The notes: a model not told the origin generated them from the letters alone. Shown: positions 29,601 through 38,270, counted from the first letter of the stretch. The stretch is DNA of 64,000 bases from Bacteroidota bacterium (GCA_947492885.1 CANLPK010000002.1:9111-73110), one strand, 5' to 3'. Program-made: numbers and translations.

Positions 29601-30887
29601 ATTAGCAGTCGTGGTACTTCCGATGGTATTATTACTTACTGTAATCGTTCCTGCCAATGCATAGATTCCCCAAAATTGGTGTCCCGAATTGGAGGCTGTA
29701 TAACTATTGGCAAGGGTAATACTTCCAATTTTATTATTGCTAATAACTTTAGTTCCTGTGGTTGAGCTAGGCACAAATATCCCAATACTATAGGTCGTTC
29801 CACCATTAAAATTGCTGCGAATAATAATTGATCCTGTCCCGGTATCACATCCAATGGTATTTCCTCCATCGGTCCCAATATTCACATCACCATTATAGCA
29901 ATGAATACCATTAAAAACCAAGGTGTATAAAGTGTAAACTGTGGTGATATCAATATTCTTGATAATATTGTTATAAACCGTGTTGGCGGGAGAGCTTGTG
30001 CCATATACACTGATGCCTTTAAAGGCAAAAGCCGATGCACAATTTACCGTATATGCACTGCCACCGCAACTTGGGCTACTACCCCCTAAATAGTTATTAT
30101 AGATAGAGGATCCATTGCCATAAATTTTTATTAGTTCGTTAGAAGTGGCTGTAGTTACAGTGCTTGTTTGATAAATACTATTGCCATTAACCGACCAGTT
30201 TTTAATTCCAGAGGCGTGTATGGCCACATTGCCAAAATCATAGAAATTGTTATTAGAAATGGTGGCTACATTCTCTTTGGTTGCAGTGCCATTCGAATAC
30301 AATAAGTTTAATGGCGTGCCCGCGGCATCTTTGGTGATATTGCAATAAGTAATGGTATTACCTGTATTGCCCGATCCTGACGCGTTGGCTGTGCTAAAAA
30401 AAATAACGCCAGCTGACCCGTAGGTTGTAGCACCTTTGATAGTGCAATATTGGATGGTGTTATTACATGCATCGTTATAAATTCGAATGGTTGTTGAAAG
30501 ATTGCCTGTATTCGAGTTTGTTATAATTAAATCGTTTGCCCCTGCTTGATTCACTCTTCCATCGATGATTATATTATCAGCACCATTCAGGTCTAAAATT
30601 GGTGTCGTCAACGAACCACTGATACTAAGACCACTGCTCGTTGGGTAAATATTTATGCTGCTATAACTCGCACTTCCACTCCCGCTTGCATTAATTACTG
30701 CCGTAGCTGTCTCGGTGGTATTCGCGGTTATTGTTAATACAATATCTCCGTTGTGGGTGCCGGCATTAATTGCGTCGAAGGCCGTTTTTACTGTGGTGTA
30801 ACTCCCTGTGGTAGTGCCTAAAGATGCGGAAAGCGACACTTGTGCTTTTCCAAAGAAGGAGCCTAGAAGTAATATTAAGAAAATCAA
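23631..30887 (-). CDS. Giant (2418 aa) secreted T9SS cargo protein. Right-handed beta-helix ('NNxI/G') repeats, central fibronectin-III-like modules, and a C-terminal type-A T9SS sorting domain
   Basis: Signal peptide (L/M)IFLILLLGSFFGKAQ. Dozens of degenerate roughly 22-25-aa units of the pectate-lyase/adhesin beta-helix type, e.g. ...NNTI.N..., ..GIY..S..T.N.SNN.I.N... FN3-like segments include TSFQANWSASTGATSYYLDLASDN...YYYRIRSYNATG. The CTD ends ...SPNPINQFMSLSF...KGIYLIKLMNSSTINSAMKIIKE. The start codon is TTG per the track. Confidence 0.8.
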   Translation of the reverse strand: MIFLILLLGSFFGKAQVSLSASLGTTTGSYTTVKTAFDAINAGTHNGDIVLTITANTTETATAVINASGSGSASYSSINIYPTSSGLSISGSLTTPILDLNGADNIIIDGRVNQAGANDLIITNSNTGNLSTTIRIYNDACNNTIQYCTIKGATTYGSAGVIFFSTANASGSGNTGNTITYCNITKDAAGTPLNLLYSNGTATKENVATISNNNFYDFGNVAIHASGIKNWSVNGNSIYQTSTVTTATSNELIKIYGNGSSIYNNYLGGSSPSCGGSAYTVNCASAFAFKGISVYGTSSPANTVYNNIIKNIDITTVYTLYTLVFNGIHCYNGDVNIGTDGGNTIGCDTGTGSIIIRSNFNGGTTYSIGIFVPSSTTGTKVISNNKIGSITLANSYTASNSGHQFWGIYALAGTITVSNNTIGSTTTANSINTTNSQSTGATADNQYIRAIEVDNGTAIITGNSISNLYNSWLVSTSGAYGRNYGIYVSSATTANISNNTIFNISTAQPQTGTGSVYGIYFSGSPSTACTVSGNNIYNLSNTSATGAVKVHGIYYNISSSWNLVEKNFIHSLYTVSSTAVQYGIYVAYGYTNFKNNIIRLGIDKDGNSITTTAEIYGFYLYAPTPYRSSIQHNTIYIGGSGVSTATTVYTYGIYKSNSAFDTINNNIIMNVRSNASALVSHFPTYYISKPIVSDYNVYYFTSGHGQLDRNYATMQLFRVSLIAYLSDFHSAIADPKLVNPTGSTSTMDMSISTLSGTTPVEGNGLLLNNVSTDYLNTDRSTVGATDIGAYAGNYNAETVDDDHFTPYITYTTFTAVAPQNTYTLTSFATITDQVSGVNTTSTTKPRLYYKKSTNANSFGANTTVANGWKWVEATNSSSPYSFTIDNTLIYLGSPTTGTIQYFVIAQDLATTPNILCWPLAGSAATGVGSITTAPTTPNSYIILAAPVAAQETIKTTTSFQANWSASTGATSYYLDLASDNLFTSYITGFENLSVGNVTNYSITGLTINSTYYYRIRSYNATGASVNSSTITANTLAAEPTTAANTITFTSNLCGGKAFSFTRGDGAYCAVFATAASTGSVTAVDGTTYTANAAYGSGTNVGGVGGWYCVYKGTGISSYVTGLTNGTTYRFMVVEYSGLATFENYFNSTGTGNPGNYVAVAGSALTGTKYIQSSGGDYATIGLAITALNGCGVGINGVTFVLGDTTYPSEVFPLTFGAITGASSSNRITFHPASGIGVTISGDYASAMINMNNADFITFDGLNSGGSSLTIKNINTGVAAATILFTAGATYDIITNCTVLGSPGHTSGAYIQNGVIAFTGSSNTNIQITYCNIGPAGSNKPGNCIKAGYGNGVNSNITVDHCNLYNWFGDGGNDASTYMSAAINLGYNNLAVDNNNWTITNNSFYFANEQVYNLGRIHGIYIYHGYNYTITGNYFGGSEPLCAGSAMKASGTPFLMGFVFVDGHATYGGTNSSYTNSISNNTIQNIDFSSSNITATSDYSDGARFFAVGIHSGKFTIENNLIGSMTATGSIVLNNTTYSEYKIFEFYGPTSSSTFGTQVPKLKNNRVGGITINSAYSDFAFVRSEYNSTNYICKLDSIADNTFGSSVTNNIQATSLTSTSSNFSLIYLSTSNTAPVPVVSNNIIQQINITSGVIYGVGSGYSYNAIGNVLRNFTTTGATCYGLSMGSNDSYSGINIINNLIHTLSASTTIYGISASSYYTTIPINNNIIVLGNDIAANVNIRGIYTYYLANVYFNTVVILGTGTSGSVSSYAFYRNSSWTNTMNIKNNLFYNGRSNSGGTGSHYAIYIGDLTSLSINYNDYYVNGTGGVLGYCVSADKSTIALWRTATSQDVNSINTDPLFANVTGCAPGNYYTGGSINGVTGLGISIDYYGMARGATPKMGSVENLAGIWYGTTSSDFGTASNWLDNIVPATGASIVFASSPSNHCVLDLNRSLNIVTNAQSSKKLDLNGYNLTITGSINFSNGAQIDATAATSGIVFSGSAIQTVPSGSLTNNSINVLNIDNTSGVTLSNPVTVNNSLVLTTGLITTSSSNLLTLGASAVVSGASDNSFVNGPIKKIGNTGFVFPVGKSGTGYQAIEISAPSSATDAFTAEYMRADATSAVGSAKSMPLTIVSKCEYWQLDRTTGTSTVDVTIYGNSHSGCITSTNANYFTGNSASLNDLRLAHWDGSQWEVAPSSGTSVSGTSPNITLTATSVSSYSPFTFGSVGFNPLPVKLTKFVVSNDGSSGILDWNTATEINNERFDIERSIDGINFFVIGSQKGQGNSTSNKSYTFIDLNSAEQASNIVFYRLKQFDFNGKYSYSKIEHTQFNSSTSLSQYKVSPNPINQFMSLSFTLKAAEKVTIEISDCIGNVIYREEVAGRAGINQIQINTSSFAKGIYLIKLMNSSTINSAMKIIKE

Positions 30888-31302
30888 AGTCTAGGACGGT
30901 CGCTTTAAGAATCCTATAAAAAAGGATCTTGTATTTAGAGTTAGATGTCTGAAGCTAATTACTTTCGATAATAATACTTCCGACAAAAAAATAGTGAGAA
31001 TAGAGCCTGGTTCTAAAATCCCAGATACGGATTTTTTTAAACCAGCAGCTCCAAGAGAGCCAGTTATTGTATTCATAGTTGTTGGTTGTTAAACCATAGC
31101 AAAGGGAGGGAAAATAAAATATAAAACAAGATGACCTTAGTCATGCTATCTTATTTCAATAACTGTCTGGTAAATGCGTAAAGCTATTATAAAAAAAATC
31201 CAATTGCTGAAAACAATTTTTTAAAGTAATTGGCTGGCGTTATTTTGTGTTTAATCGGATCTCAAAAAAAGCGCACTAAAATTTTGCCATATTGAAAAGT
31301 AT

Positions 31303-32499
31303 TTACAATTCATGACCCATTCGCGTCTTTTTTGTTTCCATATACAACGCGTTATGTTTGTTCGTTTTTGTTTTCAATGGGATGTTTTCTACTATCTCTA
31401 AACCATATCCAGTAAGGCCTGCACGCTTGGTAGGATTATTACTCAAGAGTCGCATCTTGCTTATTTTCAAGTCACGCAAAATTTGTGCACCCACACCATA
31501 GTCGCGCTCATCGGCTTTGAAACCGAGTTCTATATTGGCTTCTACGGTATCCATGCCTTGCTCTTGCAATTTATATGAACGGAGTTTATTCAATAATCCA
31601 ATGCCTCTTCCTTCATGGTTGAGGTAGAGTATCACACCTCTGCCTTCTTTTTCAATATGGCGCATGGCCTCATGCAATTGCTCACCACAATCACAACGAC
31701 AACTGCCAAAGATGTCGCCAGTAAGACATGATGAATGCACTCGCACCATCACCGGCTCATCTTTTTCCCAGGTGCCTTTTACCAAAGCCAAATGCTCCTG
31801 GTTATTATGCGTTTGCTTGAAGGCATATAAATTAAAATCGCCATATTCGGTAGGCATCTGCACTTCAATTACGCGCTCAATCAAACTCTCATAGCGAAGT
31901 CTATAGTGAATCAAATCTTCAATGCTTACAATCTTCAAATTGTATTGCTCGGCAATTTTGAATAGGTCGGGTAAGCGCGCCATTGTTCCATCATCCTTCA
32001 TAATTTCTACGATGGTTCCCGCAGGCTCAAAACCAGCAAGCTTCGCAAAATCGATGGCTGCCTCGGTATGTCCTGCACGGCGCAATACGCCTTCGTTATG
32101 CGCTTTGAGTGGGAAGATATGTCCGGGACGTGCCAAATCGCTGGGTTTTGTATTGGGGTTGATCAATGCTTTGATGGTTTCACTGCGGTCGTAGGCAGAG
32201 ATGCCCGTGCTGATATCATTTCTCAATAAATCAACCGATACCGTGAACGCAGTTTTTAAGCTTTCGGTATTGTTGGTTACCATCATATCTAAACCCAAAG
32301 CCACACATAAATCTTCACATAAAGGTGCACAAATTAAACCGCCTCCCACTTTCGCCATAAAGGCAATCATCTCGGGAGTTACATTACGGGCTGCAGTTAA
32401 GAAATCGCCTTCATTTTCACGATCGGCATCGTCAACAACAATGATGAGCTTTCCATTACGGATATCTTCGATGGCTTCTTCTATGGTATTTAGTTTCAA
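31303..32499 (-). CDS. ribBA: Bifunctional 3,4-dihydroxy-2-butanone-4-phosphate synthase / GTP cyclohydrolase II
   Basis: 398 aa. RibB signature [13 protein letters not shown]-cyclohydrolase II zinc site [18 protein letters not shown]. Confidence 0.9.
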   Translation of the reverse strand: MKLNTIEEAIEDIRNGKLIIVVDDADRENEGDFLTAARNVTPEMIAFMAKVGGGLICAPLCEDLCVALGLDMMVTNNTESLKTAFTVSVDLLRNDISTGISAYDRSETIKALINPNTKPSDLARPGHIFPLKAHNEGVLRRAGHTEAAIDFAKLAGFEPAGTIVEIMKDDGTMARLPDLFKIAEQYNLKIVSIEDLIHYRLRYESLIERVIEVQMPTEYGDFNLYAFKQTHNNQEHLALVKGTWEKDEPVMVRVHSSCLTGDIFGSCRCDCGEQLHEAMRHIEKEGRGVILYLNHEGRGIGLLNKLRSYKLQEQGMDTVEANIELGFKADERDYGVGAQILRDLKISKMRLLSNNPTKRAGLTGYGLEIVENIPLKTKTNKHNALYMETKKTRMGHEL

Positions 32500-32622
32500 G
32501 GGATGTATTTTTTTAAATGAATAACAAAATAAGTGAGCGCCTTTTTTATGGCGATTTGGGTGCGCGAATTTACAATTCTGTTCGCTATTGTGTTTGTATC
32601 TTCAAATAATTAAACTTGCACC

Positions 32623-33135
32623 ATGTATCTCATTCGAAAAGCCACCCTAAATGATGCCGTGCTATTGGGGAATTTGGGCGCACAAACCTTCACCGACGCC
32701 TATGCAGACAATAATACCAAGGAAGATTTGGAGGCGTACCTCAACAAGTCGTTCTCGGTACCACAATTGGAATCGGAACTTCAAAATCCCAATACCGCCT
32801 ATTATCTCTGTTTTGACGGGGAGATGGCTATGGGTTATTTGAAATTAAATCTTCATGAAGCATGTGAAGCATTCGAAGGCGATAATGCGATAGAACTACA
32901 ACGCATCTACGTCACCAAAGAATATTATCGAAAGAAAGCAGGAAATGTATTAATGCAATTTGCACTGGAGCAAAGTATCCAAAATGCGTTTGAGTATTTA
33001 TGGCTGGGAGTATGGAAAGAAAATTATCGGGCCTTGGCGTTCTATCAGGCCTGGGGCTTCGAAACCATTGGTGATCGAAGCTTTAAGGTAGGTTCCAAAA
33101 TTTATGAAGATTTCTATCTTCGAAAAAAAATCTAA
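32623..33135 (+). CDS. GNAT-family N-acetyltransferase
   Basis: 170 aa. Acetyl-CoA-binding pattern QRIYVTKEYYRKKAGNVLMQ (motif A, R/Q-x-x-G-x-G/A-like). Confidence 0.7.
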   Translation: MYLIRKATLNDAVLLGNLGAQTFTDAYADNNTKEDLEAYLNKSFSVPQLESELQNPNTAYYLCFDGEMAMGYLKLNLHEACEAFEGDNAIELQRIYVTKEYYRKKAGNVLMQFALEQSIQNAFEYLWLGVWKENYRALAFYQAWGFETIGDRSFKVGSKIYEDFYLRKKI

Positions 33136-33533
33136 TTCCCTACAATCGTAACAAGAAATCGCTGACCGAAATAAGTAAACAATAAAATTGAAGGTCCGGG
33201 GGCAATAACTTTAAAATGAAAGGTATTAATCTGACTACCACCCACGCAATCTTTACATTTATTACCTGAATAGGTATTGGTGAGCTTCACAATTTTTTGT
33301 GCATCCACATCGGCAAGCTTCCATACTTCAGCACATCCAATGCACTCGCCAAAGCTTATCGAAAATTCTTCATTCACCTTCACAGTATAGGTTTTTCCGC
33401 TATCTTGTTGTGTGATTGCCAAAGGCCCATTGGTATTGGTTTTGGAGGTGGTAGTTTCTTTAGGGCCGTGGCAAGAAGTCATGACTCCTAAAATTGAAAC
33501 TAAGAATAGAAAACTGAATAACGAATATCTCAT
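33132..33533 (-). CDS. Hypothetical secreted/lipoprotein
   Basis: 133 aa. Signal MRYSLFSFLFLVSILGVMTSC. Confidence 0.45.
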   Translation of the reverse strand: MRYSLFSFLFLVSILGVMTSCHGPKETTTSKTNTNGPLAITQQDSGKTYTVKVNEEFSISFGECIGCAEVWKLADVDAQKIVKLTNTYSGNKCKDCVGGSQINTFHFKVIAPGPSILLFTYFGQRFLVTIVGN

Positions 33534-33646
33534 AATAACTTGGTAAAGGCGTAAAGATATTATAATCCTTCAAAATTTAATATGCAATCTATGCCAATTA
33601 CATTAAGACAAAATAGGGTGCTAGTTGCGACAAGTGTTCGAATAAT

Positions 33647-34345
33647 TTACCAGATATATGGAAAGAACCGATACTTCACTTTTTGTTTGTAATCGGCATA
33701 ACCTTCCAGTTCATTTTCCAGCGTTGCCTCTTCTCCAATGGTTCGAGCACCAATTAATAGTATCAGTGCAATACCCATCGCAATGCCTAGGAAAGAGCTC
33801 ATTAATAATGGGGCTCCAATAAACATCAGTATCGCTCCCAAATACATGGGGTGACGCACAAATCCATAAACTCCTGTGGTGATTACTTTTTGTTTGCGTT
33901 CGTTTTGAATGCGCACCAAGGGCGATAAAAAAGTATTGTCTTTATACGATCGAAAGAAAAGAAACGATGAACAGAGTAATATCACCATCCCAATGATTTT
34001 TACAAACTGAGGAAAGGTTTGCGTCCATTGAAATCGCACCGCATCTAAGGGCATCAATACAATCCAGCCAATAAACCCAATCCCCAACCCAACAACAACC
34101 CATCGGTCCCAGGCTTTCTGATTGGCAGAGCCTACTTGCTGATATCGTTCATTAAGCAGTGCAGGGTCCTTGATATAGAGGTAGATAATGGTAGTATAAG
34201 AAAGTGCCACAAACCAATAATTAAAGATGGTTCCTTCAACCCAGCACCAATTGCCGCCAATCCAAAGAAGGAGAACAGGAAATATTAAAATATAAAGCAA
34301 GGAGAAAATTAACTTCGCGAAGGAAGTCTTGACAGGATTACTCAT
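33647..34345 (-). CDS. Membrane methyltransferase of the isoprenylcysteine-carboxyl / phospholipid N-methyltransferase (ICMT/PEMT) family
   Basis: 232 aa. Multi-TM protein. C-terminal motif GVYGFVRHPMYLG...E is characteristic of the family. Confidence 0.7.
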   Translation of the reverse strand: MSNPVKTSFAKLIFSLLYILIFPVLLLWIGGNWCWVEGTIFNYWFVALSYTTIIYLYIKDPALLNERYQQVGSANQKAWDRWVVVGLGIGFIGWIVLMPLDAVRFQWTQTFPQFVKIIGMVILLCSSFLFFRSYKDNTFLSPLVRIQNERKQKVITTGVYGFVRHPMYLGAILMFIGAPLLMSSFLGIAMGIALILLIGARTIGEEATLENELEGYADYKQKVKYRFFPYIW

Positions 34346-34439
34346 ATAGTTCTAAAGATGGGCTTAATGCCAAACATCCTTTAATACAAATATAGCAAGA
34401 GCGAATATAATCCACCTATGACCTGCGTCGTGTGAATTG

Positions 34440-35393
34440 TCATTTTTTATTGCCCAGCAAAAAGAGGATGGGAATATCTAATCGCGATCTCCATGCATTC
34501 TCTGAATGATTGGCGCCTACAAACTCTTTAGAGAAATAGTTGGTGTCGTTATATCCTGTTAGTTTGTAAATATAGTCGGCATCCACTTGATACGACTTGT
34601 ACAAAGTATCCAGCGTTTCGGTACCATAATCAAAATAAAGTTTGTGGTTATTTGGCGATGGAATATGACTTTTTAAATAATTCAATTCGGCAATTGGTAA
34701 GGGGTTATTAATATCTGAATAAATTCCTGTCCAGTGAATCGACAAACAAGCTGCACCTCCAAATACTTCCGGGTATTCGCTGATAGCATACCATGAATTT
34801 ACACCTCCCATACTAGAGCCTGCAATGAAGGTGTTTGCAACGTCGGTATAAGTGCTAAAACTACTGTCAATAAAAGGTTTGAGCTCTTCGACAATAAATT
34901 TCAGATATTTATCCGAAAACACTTTGGTGGCAAAAAATATACTATGATCTTTTCGGCGTGCCGTATACATGGAATCTTGCTCGGCTGGTTTTAGCATTTC
35001 GAAAGGCTTCTGCGGACAATACTCGCTATGGCGTGTGGCACCGCTATTATAAATTCCAACTACAATACAATCTCTAATCTGATGCGTGGCCATGAGCCTT
35101 CCCAATACTTCATCCACACCCCATTCCTGCTTATTCCACATGAGGGTTGAATCAAATAGCGATTTCCCATCATTCATATAAAGCACAGCATACTTTTTTG
35201 AAGGACTATAATTCTCAGGAAGCCATACCGCAATATCTCTTGATGCCACATAATTCGATTTGAACTGAGTGATTAGTTTAATGCTGCCTGTACTCACTTT
35301 GGGCACCTGACTATTACTCTTGCACGCAATGAAACCAGCAATCAGCGCAATGATATATTTCATGTTCATGACTTCAAATAAATTGTATTGCAA
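34440..35393 (-). CDS. Secreted alpha/beta-hydrolase esterase (putative-esterase/enterochelin-esterase-like fold)
   Basis: 317 aa. Signal/lipoprotein start MNMKYIIALIAGFIAC. Nucleophile elbow GSSMGG. Confidence 0.7.
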   Translation of the reverse strand: MQYNLFEVMNMKYIIALIAGFIACKSNSQVPKVSTGSIKLITQFKSNYVASRDIAVWLPENYSPSKKYAVLYMNDGKSLFDSTLMWNKQEWGVDEVLGRLMATHQIRDCIVVGIYNSGATRHSEYCPQKPFEMLKPAEQDSMYTARRKDHSIFFATKVFSDKYLKFIVEELKPFIDSSFSTYTDVANTFIAGSSMGGVNSWYAISEYPEVFGGAACLSIHWTGIYSDINNPLPIAELNYLKSHIPSPNNHKLYFDYGTETLDTLYKSYQVDADYIYKLTGYNDTNYFSKEFVGANHSENAWRSRLDIPILFLLGNKK

Positions 35394-35506
35394 ATAATAA
35401 AATAGTTAAGCGATATGCAAGATTAAAAAATGAATAGGGTTTTGATGGCTTATTCGGAATTTGATGTGCTGGCATAAGGTGGCCAAATATTTCTTCAATT
35501 GGAAGA

Positions 35507-35794
35507 ATATCCCAAATATCAATTACACTTGTATTCTCTTCCAGCGGAAGAACTGGTGGGTAGAAAAATGGGGTGGGTGTTGTTTAACCTTCTGTAGGAA
35601 GGTTTTGTGCCAAAGGGCATACAGGCTATTGCAATGCATTAATTGGCTGAATATCCCAAATATCAATTACACTTGTATTCTCTTCCAGCGGAAGAACTGG
35701 TGGGTAGAAAAATGGGGTGGGTGTTGTTTAACCTTCTGTAGGAAGGTTTTGTGCCAAAGGGCATACAGGTTATTGCAATGCATTAAAAATATAG
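35507..35794. repeat. Tandem direct duplication of a roughly 140-bp unit (period 144 bp, 2 copies, near-identical). Each copy carries two hairpin motifs
   Basis: 35507-35650 and 35651-35794 are identical through the first 128 positions. Copy 2 then has one substitution followed by 10 more matching bases before it diverges. Each copy contains TCTTCC-AGC-GGAAGA (35537-35551, 35681-35695) and AACCTTC-TGTAG-GAAGGTT (35586-35604, 35730-35748). Confidence 0.85.
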
Positions 35795-36234
35795 GGTTCT
35801 TCCCAATCAATTTTAAACGCTGTTAGCATTTTTCTGTATTCATCTAAAAAGTTTTCTTTTTGGTGATGTATTCTCTGGTTTTGAATATATCGGATAACAT
35901 TTTCAACATGGCTTTTTGAATACGAGAATGCCCCATATCCTTCTTGCCATGCGAAAGGTTGCGGGTTAAACTTTTGAACTTTAATCCATTTGCTACTTTC
36001 CACTTTTACATTTTGAACTAATGAGGAAATAGCCTGATGTGGCCGAAGTCCGATTAATATATGTATATGATCTGGCATGGAATTTATCTGAAGCATCTTA
36101 TGCCGATTAGATTCAAATATTCCAGTAATGTATTTGTGAAGTTCTTCCTTCCATTCTTCTTGAATTAATGATTGGCGAAATTTAACTGCAAATACGAATT
36201 GAACGTGCAGTTGCGTGTAACTGTTTGACATTTT
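35770..36234 (-). mobile_element. REP-associated tyrosine transposase (RAYT; IS200/IS605 TnpA-like HUH Y1 transposase)
   Basis: Start placed at MSNSYTQLHVQFVFAVKFRQ (ATG at 36234). The supplied ORF begins 27 codons upstream. HUH motif DHIHILIGL. Y1 region ...EGYGAFSYSKSHVENVIRYIQNQ. About 155 aa, single gene, no TnpB. Flanked on both sides by CCTTC..GAAGG hairpins. Confidence 0.75.
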
Positions 36235-36316
36235 AGATAAATTTTTATAGCTCAAAAATAGAAATTCATTTTCATAATTACATGGTGTTTTGCTGATTGA
36301 TTTATTCGGGCACAAG

Positions 36317-36451
36317 ACCTTCTTACAGAAGGTAATACACTCAAACTCACAATTTTTCTACCTACCAATTCTTCCTCTGGAAGAAAGTGCAAATACAAAG
36401 ACCTAACTTATCCAATTTTCTAGCCAACATAACTTTCCTTCCAAAGAAGGA
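36317..36451. repeat. Cluster of three REP-like hairpins upstream of the RAYT gene
   Basis: ACCTTC-TTACA-GAAGGT (36317-36333). TTCTTCC-TCT-GGAAGAA (36369-36386). TCCTTC-CAAA-GAAGGA (36436-36451). Same core as the hairpins in the 144-bp repeats. Confidence 0.65.
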
Positions 36452-36698
36452 CTGGCTCGCTGAAAGTGAATACAAAGTCATCTATATTTTCAATAATTTT
36501 AATTCACCAGCAAATCAAATTCCGAATAACCCGTTTTGATTTTGAATGCAGCATGCTACTAAAAGTGCATATTGGAATCACTACTACTTGACTGATTTTC
36601 CGCCCCTGAAATTTAAATGCTATAAGTTGCATTGATTGTGCTATACTTCACCTTTCCAATCCGTTAATCTTGTTTTCTAATCAATAAATTATTTTAAT

Positions 36699-38198
36699 AT
36701 GTCACAACCTAGACCAACTTTTAAACCTCAATACGATAATTTTATCGGAGGTAAATTTGTTCCACCTATTAAGGGCGAGTACTTCGAAAACATCAGCCCC
36801 ATCGATGGAAAAGTGTTTACTAAAGCCGCACGTTCAGGGAAAGAAGATATTGAACTGGCATTGGATGCAGCACATAAAGCCTTCGCTACCTGGAGCAAAA
36901 CTTCAGCAGCATACCGCGCTGGTGTTTTAAATAAAATTGCTGATGTGATTGAAGCGAATCTTCAAAATTTAGCAGTGATTGAAACCATTGATAATGGTAA
37001 ACCAATTCGGGAAACAGTGAATGTTGATTTGCCTTTATGTATTGATCACTTCCGCTACTTTGCCGGAGTTATTCGTGCAGAAGAGGGAAGCATCTCTGAG
37101 CATGACGAAAATACAGTGAGCATTGTATTGCATGAGCCATTGGGTGTGGTTGGACAAATTATTCCATGGAACTTCCCATTATTGATGGCAACCTGGAAAG
37201 TTGCTCCTGCCCTGGCTGCTGGATGTTGTATTGTATTGAAACCAGCCGAACAAACGCCTACATCCATCATGTGCTTGATGGAATTATTACAGGATGTATT
37301 GCCTGCGGGTGTTTTGAATGTGGTTTCAGGATTTGGACCAGAAGCGGGTAAGCCATTGGCTCAATCACCACGAATTTCAAAAGTCTCTTTCACCGGTGAA
37401 ACAACTACAGGTCGATTAATTATGCAATATGCTTCCGAAAATTTAATTCCTGTTACCATGGAATTGGGAGGCAAATCACCAAATATTTTCTTCCCATCAA
37501 TTGCTGATGCGGATGATGAATTTTTCGATAAAGCCATTGAAGGCGCTGTATTGTTTGCAGTGAATCAAGGAGAGGTATGTACTTGTCCTTCGCGAATCCT
37601 GGTACATGAAAGTATCTATGATAAATTCATGAGCCGCGTGATACAACGTACCAATGCCATTAAAATGGGAAATCCATTAGATAGCACTACCATGATGGGA
37701 GCACAGGCATCTAACGATCAGTATGAAAAAATTCAATCATACTTGAAACTAGGTAAGGAAGAAGGTGCTGAATTATTATGTGGTGGTGATGTGGCGAAAC
37801 TCGATGGAGAACTTGCTGGAGGATATTATATTCAACCTACTTTATTTAAAGGACATAATAAGATGCGTATTTTCCAAGAAGAAATTTTTGGACCCGTGGT
37901 ATGTGTTACTACTTTCAAAACTACCGAAGAAGCCATCGCTATTGCCAATGATACCATGTACGGTTTGGGAGCAGGTGTTTGGACCCGCGATGCACATGAA
38001 CTTTATCAAGTGCCACGTGCCATTCAAGCAGGTCGTGTTTGGGTGAATTGCTACCACGCATACCCAGCGCACGCTCCATTTGGAGGTTATAAGAAATCGG
38101 GATTTGGTCGCGAGAATCACAAGATGATGCTGGGATACTATCGCCAAACTAAAAATATGTTGGTATCTTACGACAAAAAGAAACTAGGCTTTTTCTAG
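36699..38198 (+). CDS. NAD(P)+-dependent aldehyde dehydrogenase
   Basis: 499 aa. Catalytic-Glu motif MELGGKSP. Catalytic Cys in [14 protein letters not shown]. Rossmann GxGxxG region. Confidence 0.85.
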   Translation: MSQPRPTFKPQYDNFIGGKFVPPIKGEYFENISPIDGKVFTKAARSGKEDIELALDAAHKAFATWSKTSAAYRAGVLNKIADVIEANLQNLAVIETIDNGKPIRETVNVDLPLCIDHFRYFAGVIRAEEGSISEHDENTVSIVLHEPLGVVGQIIPWNFPLLMATWKVAPALAAGCCIVLKPAEQTPTSIMCLMELLQDVLPAGVLNVVSGFGPEAGKPLAQSPRISKVSFTGETTTGRLIMQYASENLIPVTMELGGKSPNIFFPSIADADDEFFDKAIEGAVLFAVNQGEVCTCPSRILVHESIYDKFMSRVIQRTNAIKMGNPLDSTTMMGAQASNDQYEKIQSYLKLGKEEGAELLCGGDVAKLDGELAGGYYIQPTLFKGHNKMRIFQEEIFGPVVCVTTFKTTEEAIAIANDTMYGLGAGVWTRDAHELYQVPRAIQAGRVWVNCYHAYPAHAPFGGYKKSGFGRENHKMMLGYYRQTKNMLVSYDKKKLGFF

Positions 38199-38270
38199 GT
38201 TCTAAATTTTTTGGAGGTTACATTGCAGGCAAAGGCTCGTTCCTTTGCCTGTAATTTTTTATAATAGATT

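Noticed and set aside
30891-31076. 61-aa ORF upstream of the giant beta-helix gene
   Set aside because: Although in-frame with the giant gene across a TAG, it has no signal peptide or recognisable domain. The giant protein's signal peptide must be N-terminal, so this is most likely non-coding leader sequence.
31100-31160. Imperfect palindrome AAGATGACC-TTAG-TCATGCTATCTT upstream of the giant gene
   Set aside because: The stem has several mismatches. It could be a weak operator or chance. Not strong enough to call.
32500-32622. Looked for an FMN riboswitch (RFN element) upstream of ribBA
   Set aside because: Only 123 nt are shared with the divergent GNAT gene. I could not find the conserved RFN stems or motifs. 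The riboswitch is presumably on another rib gene or operon.
35507-35794. Possible CRISPR array
   Set aside because: Only two 144-bp units, directly abutting with no spacers. Repeats are far longer than CRISPR repeats. No cas genes in the window.
35461-35826. 121-aa '+' strand ORF with an internally duplicated sequence (…NIPNINYTCILFQRKNWWVEKWGGCCLTFCRKVLCQRAYRLLQCI… twice)
   Set aside because: It is simply the translation of the 144-bp tandem REP-like repeat. It has Cys/Trp-rich low-complexity composition, no start context, and overlaps the RAYT 3' end. It is not a gene.
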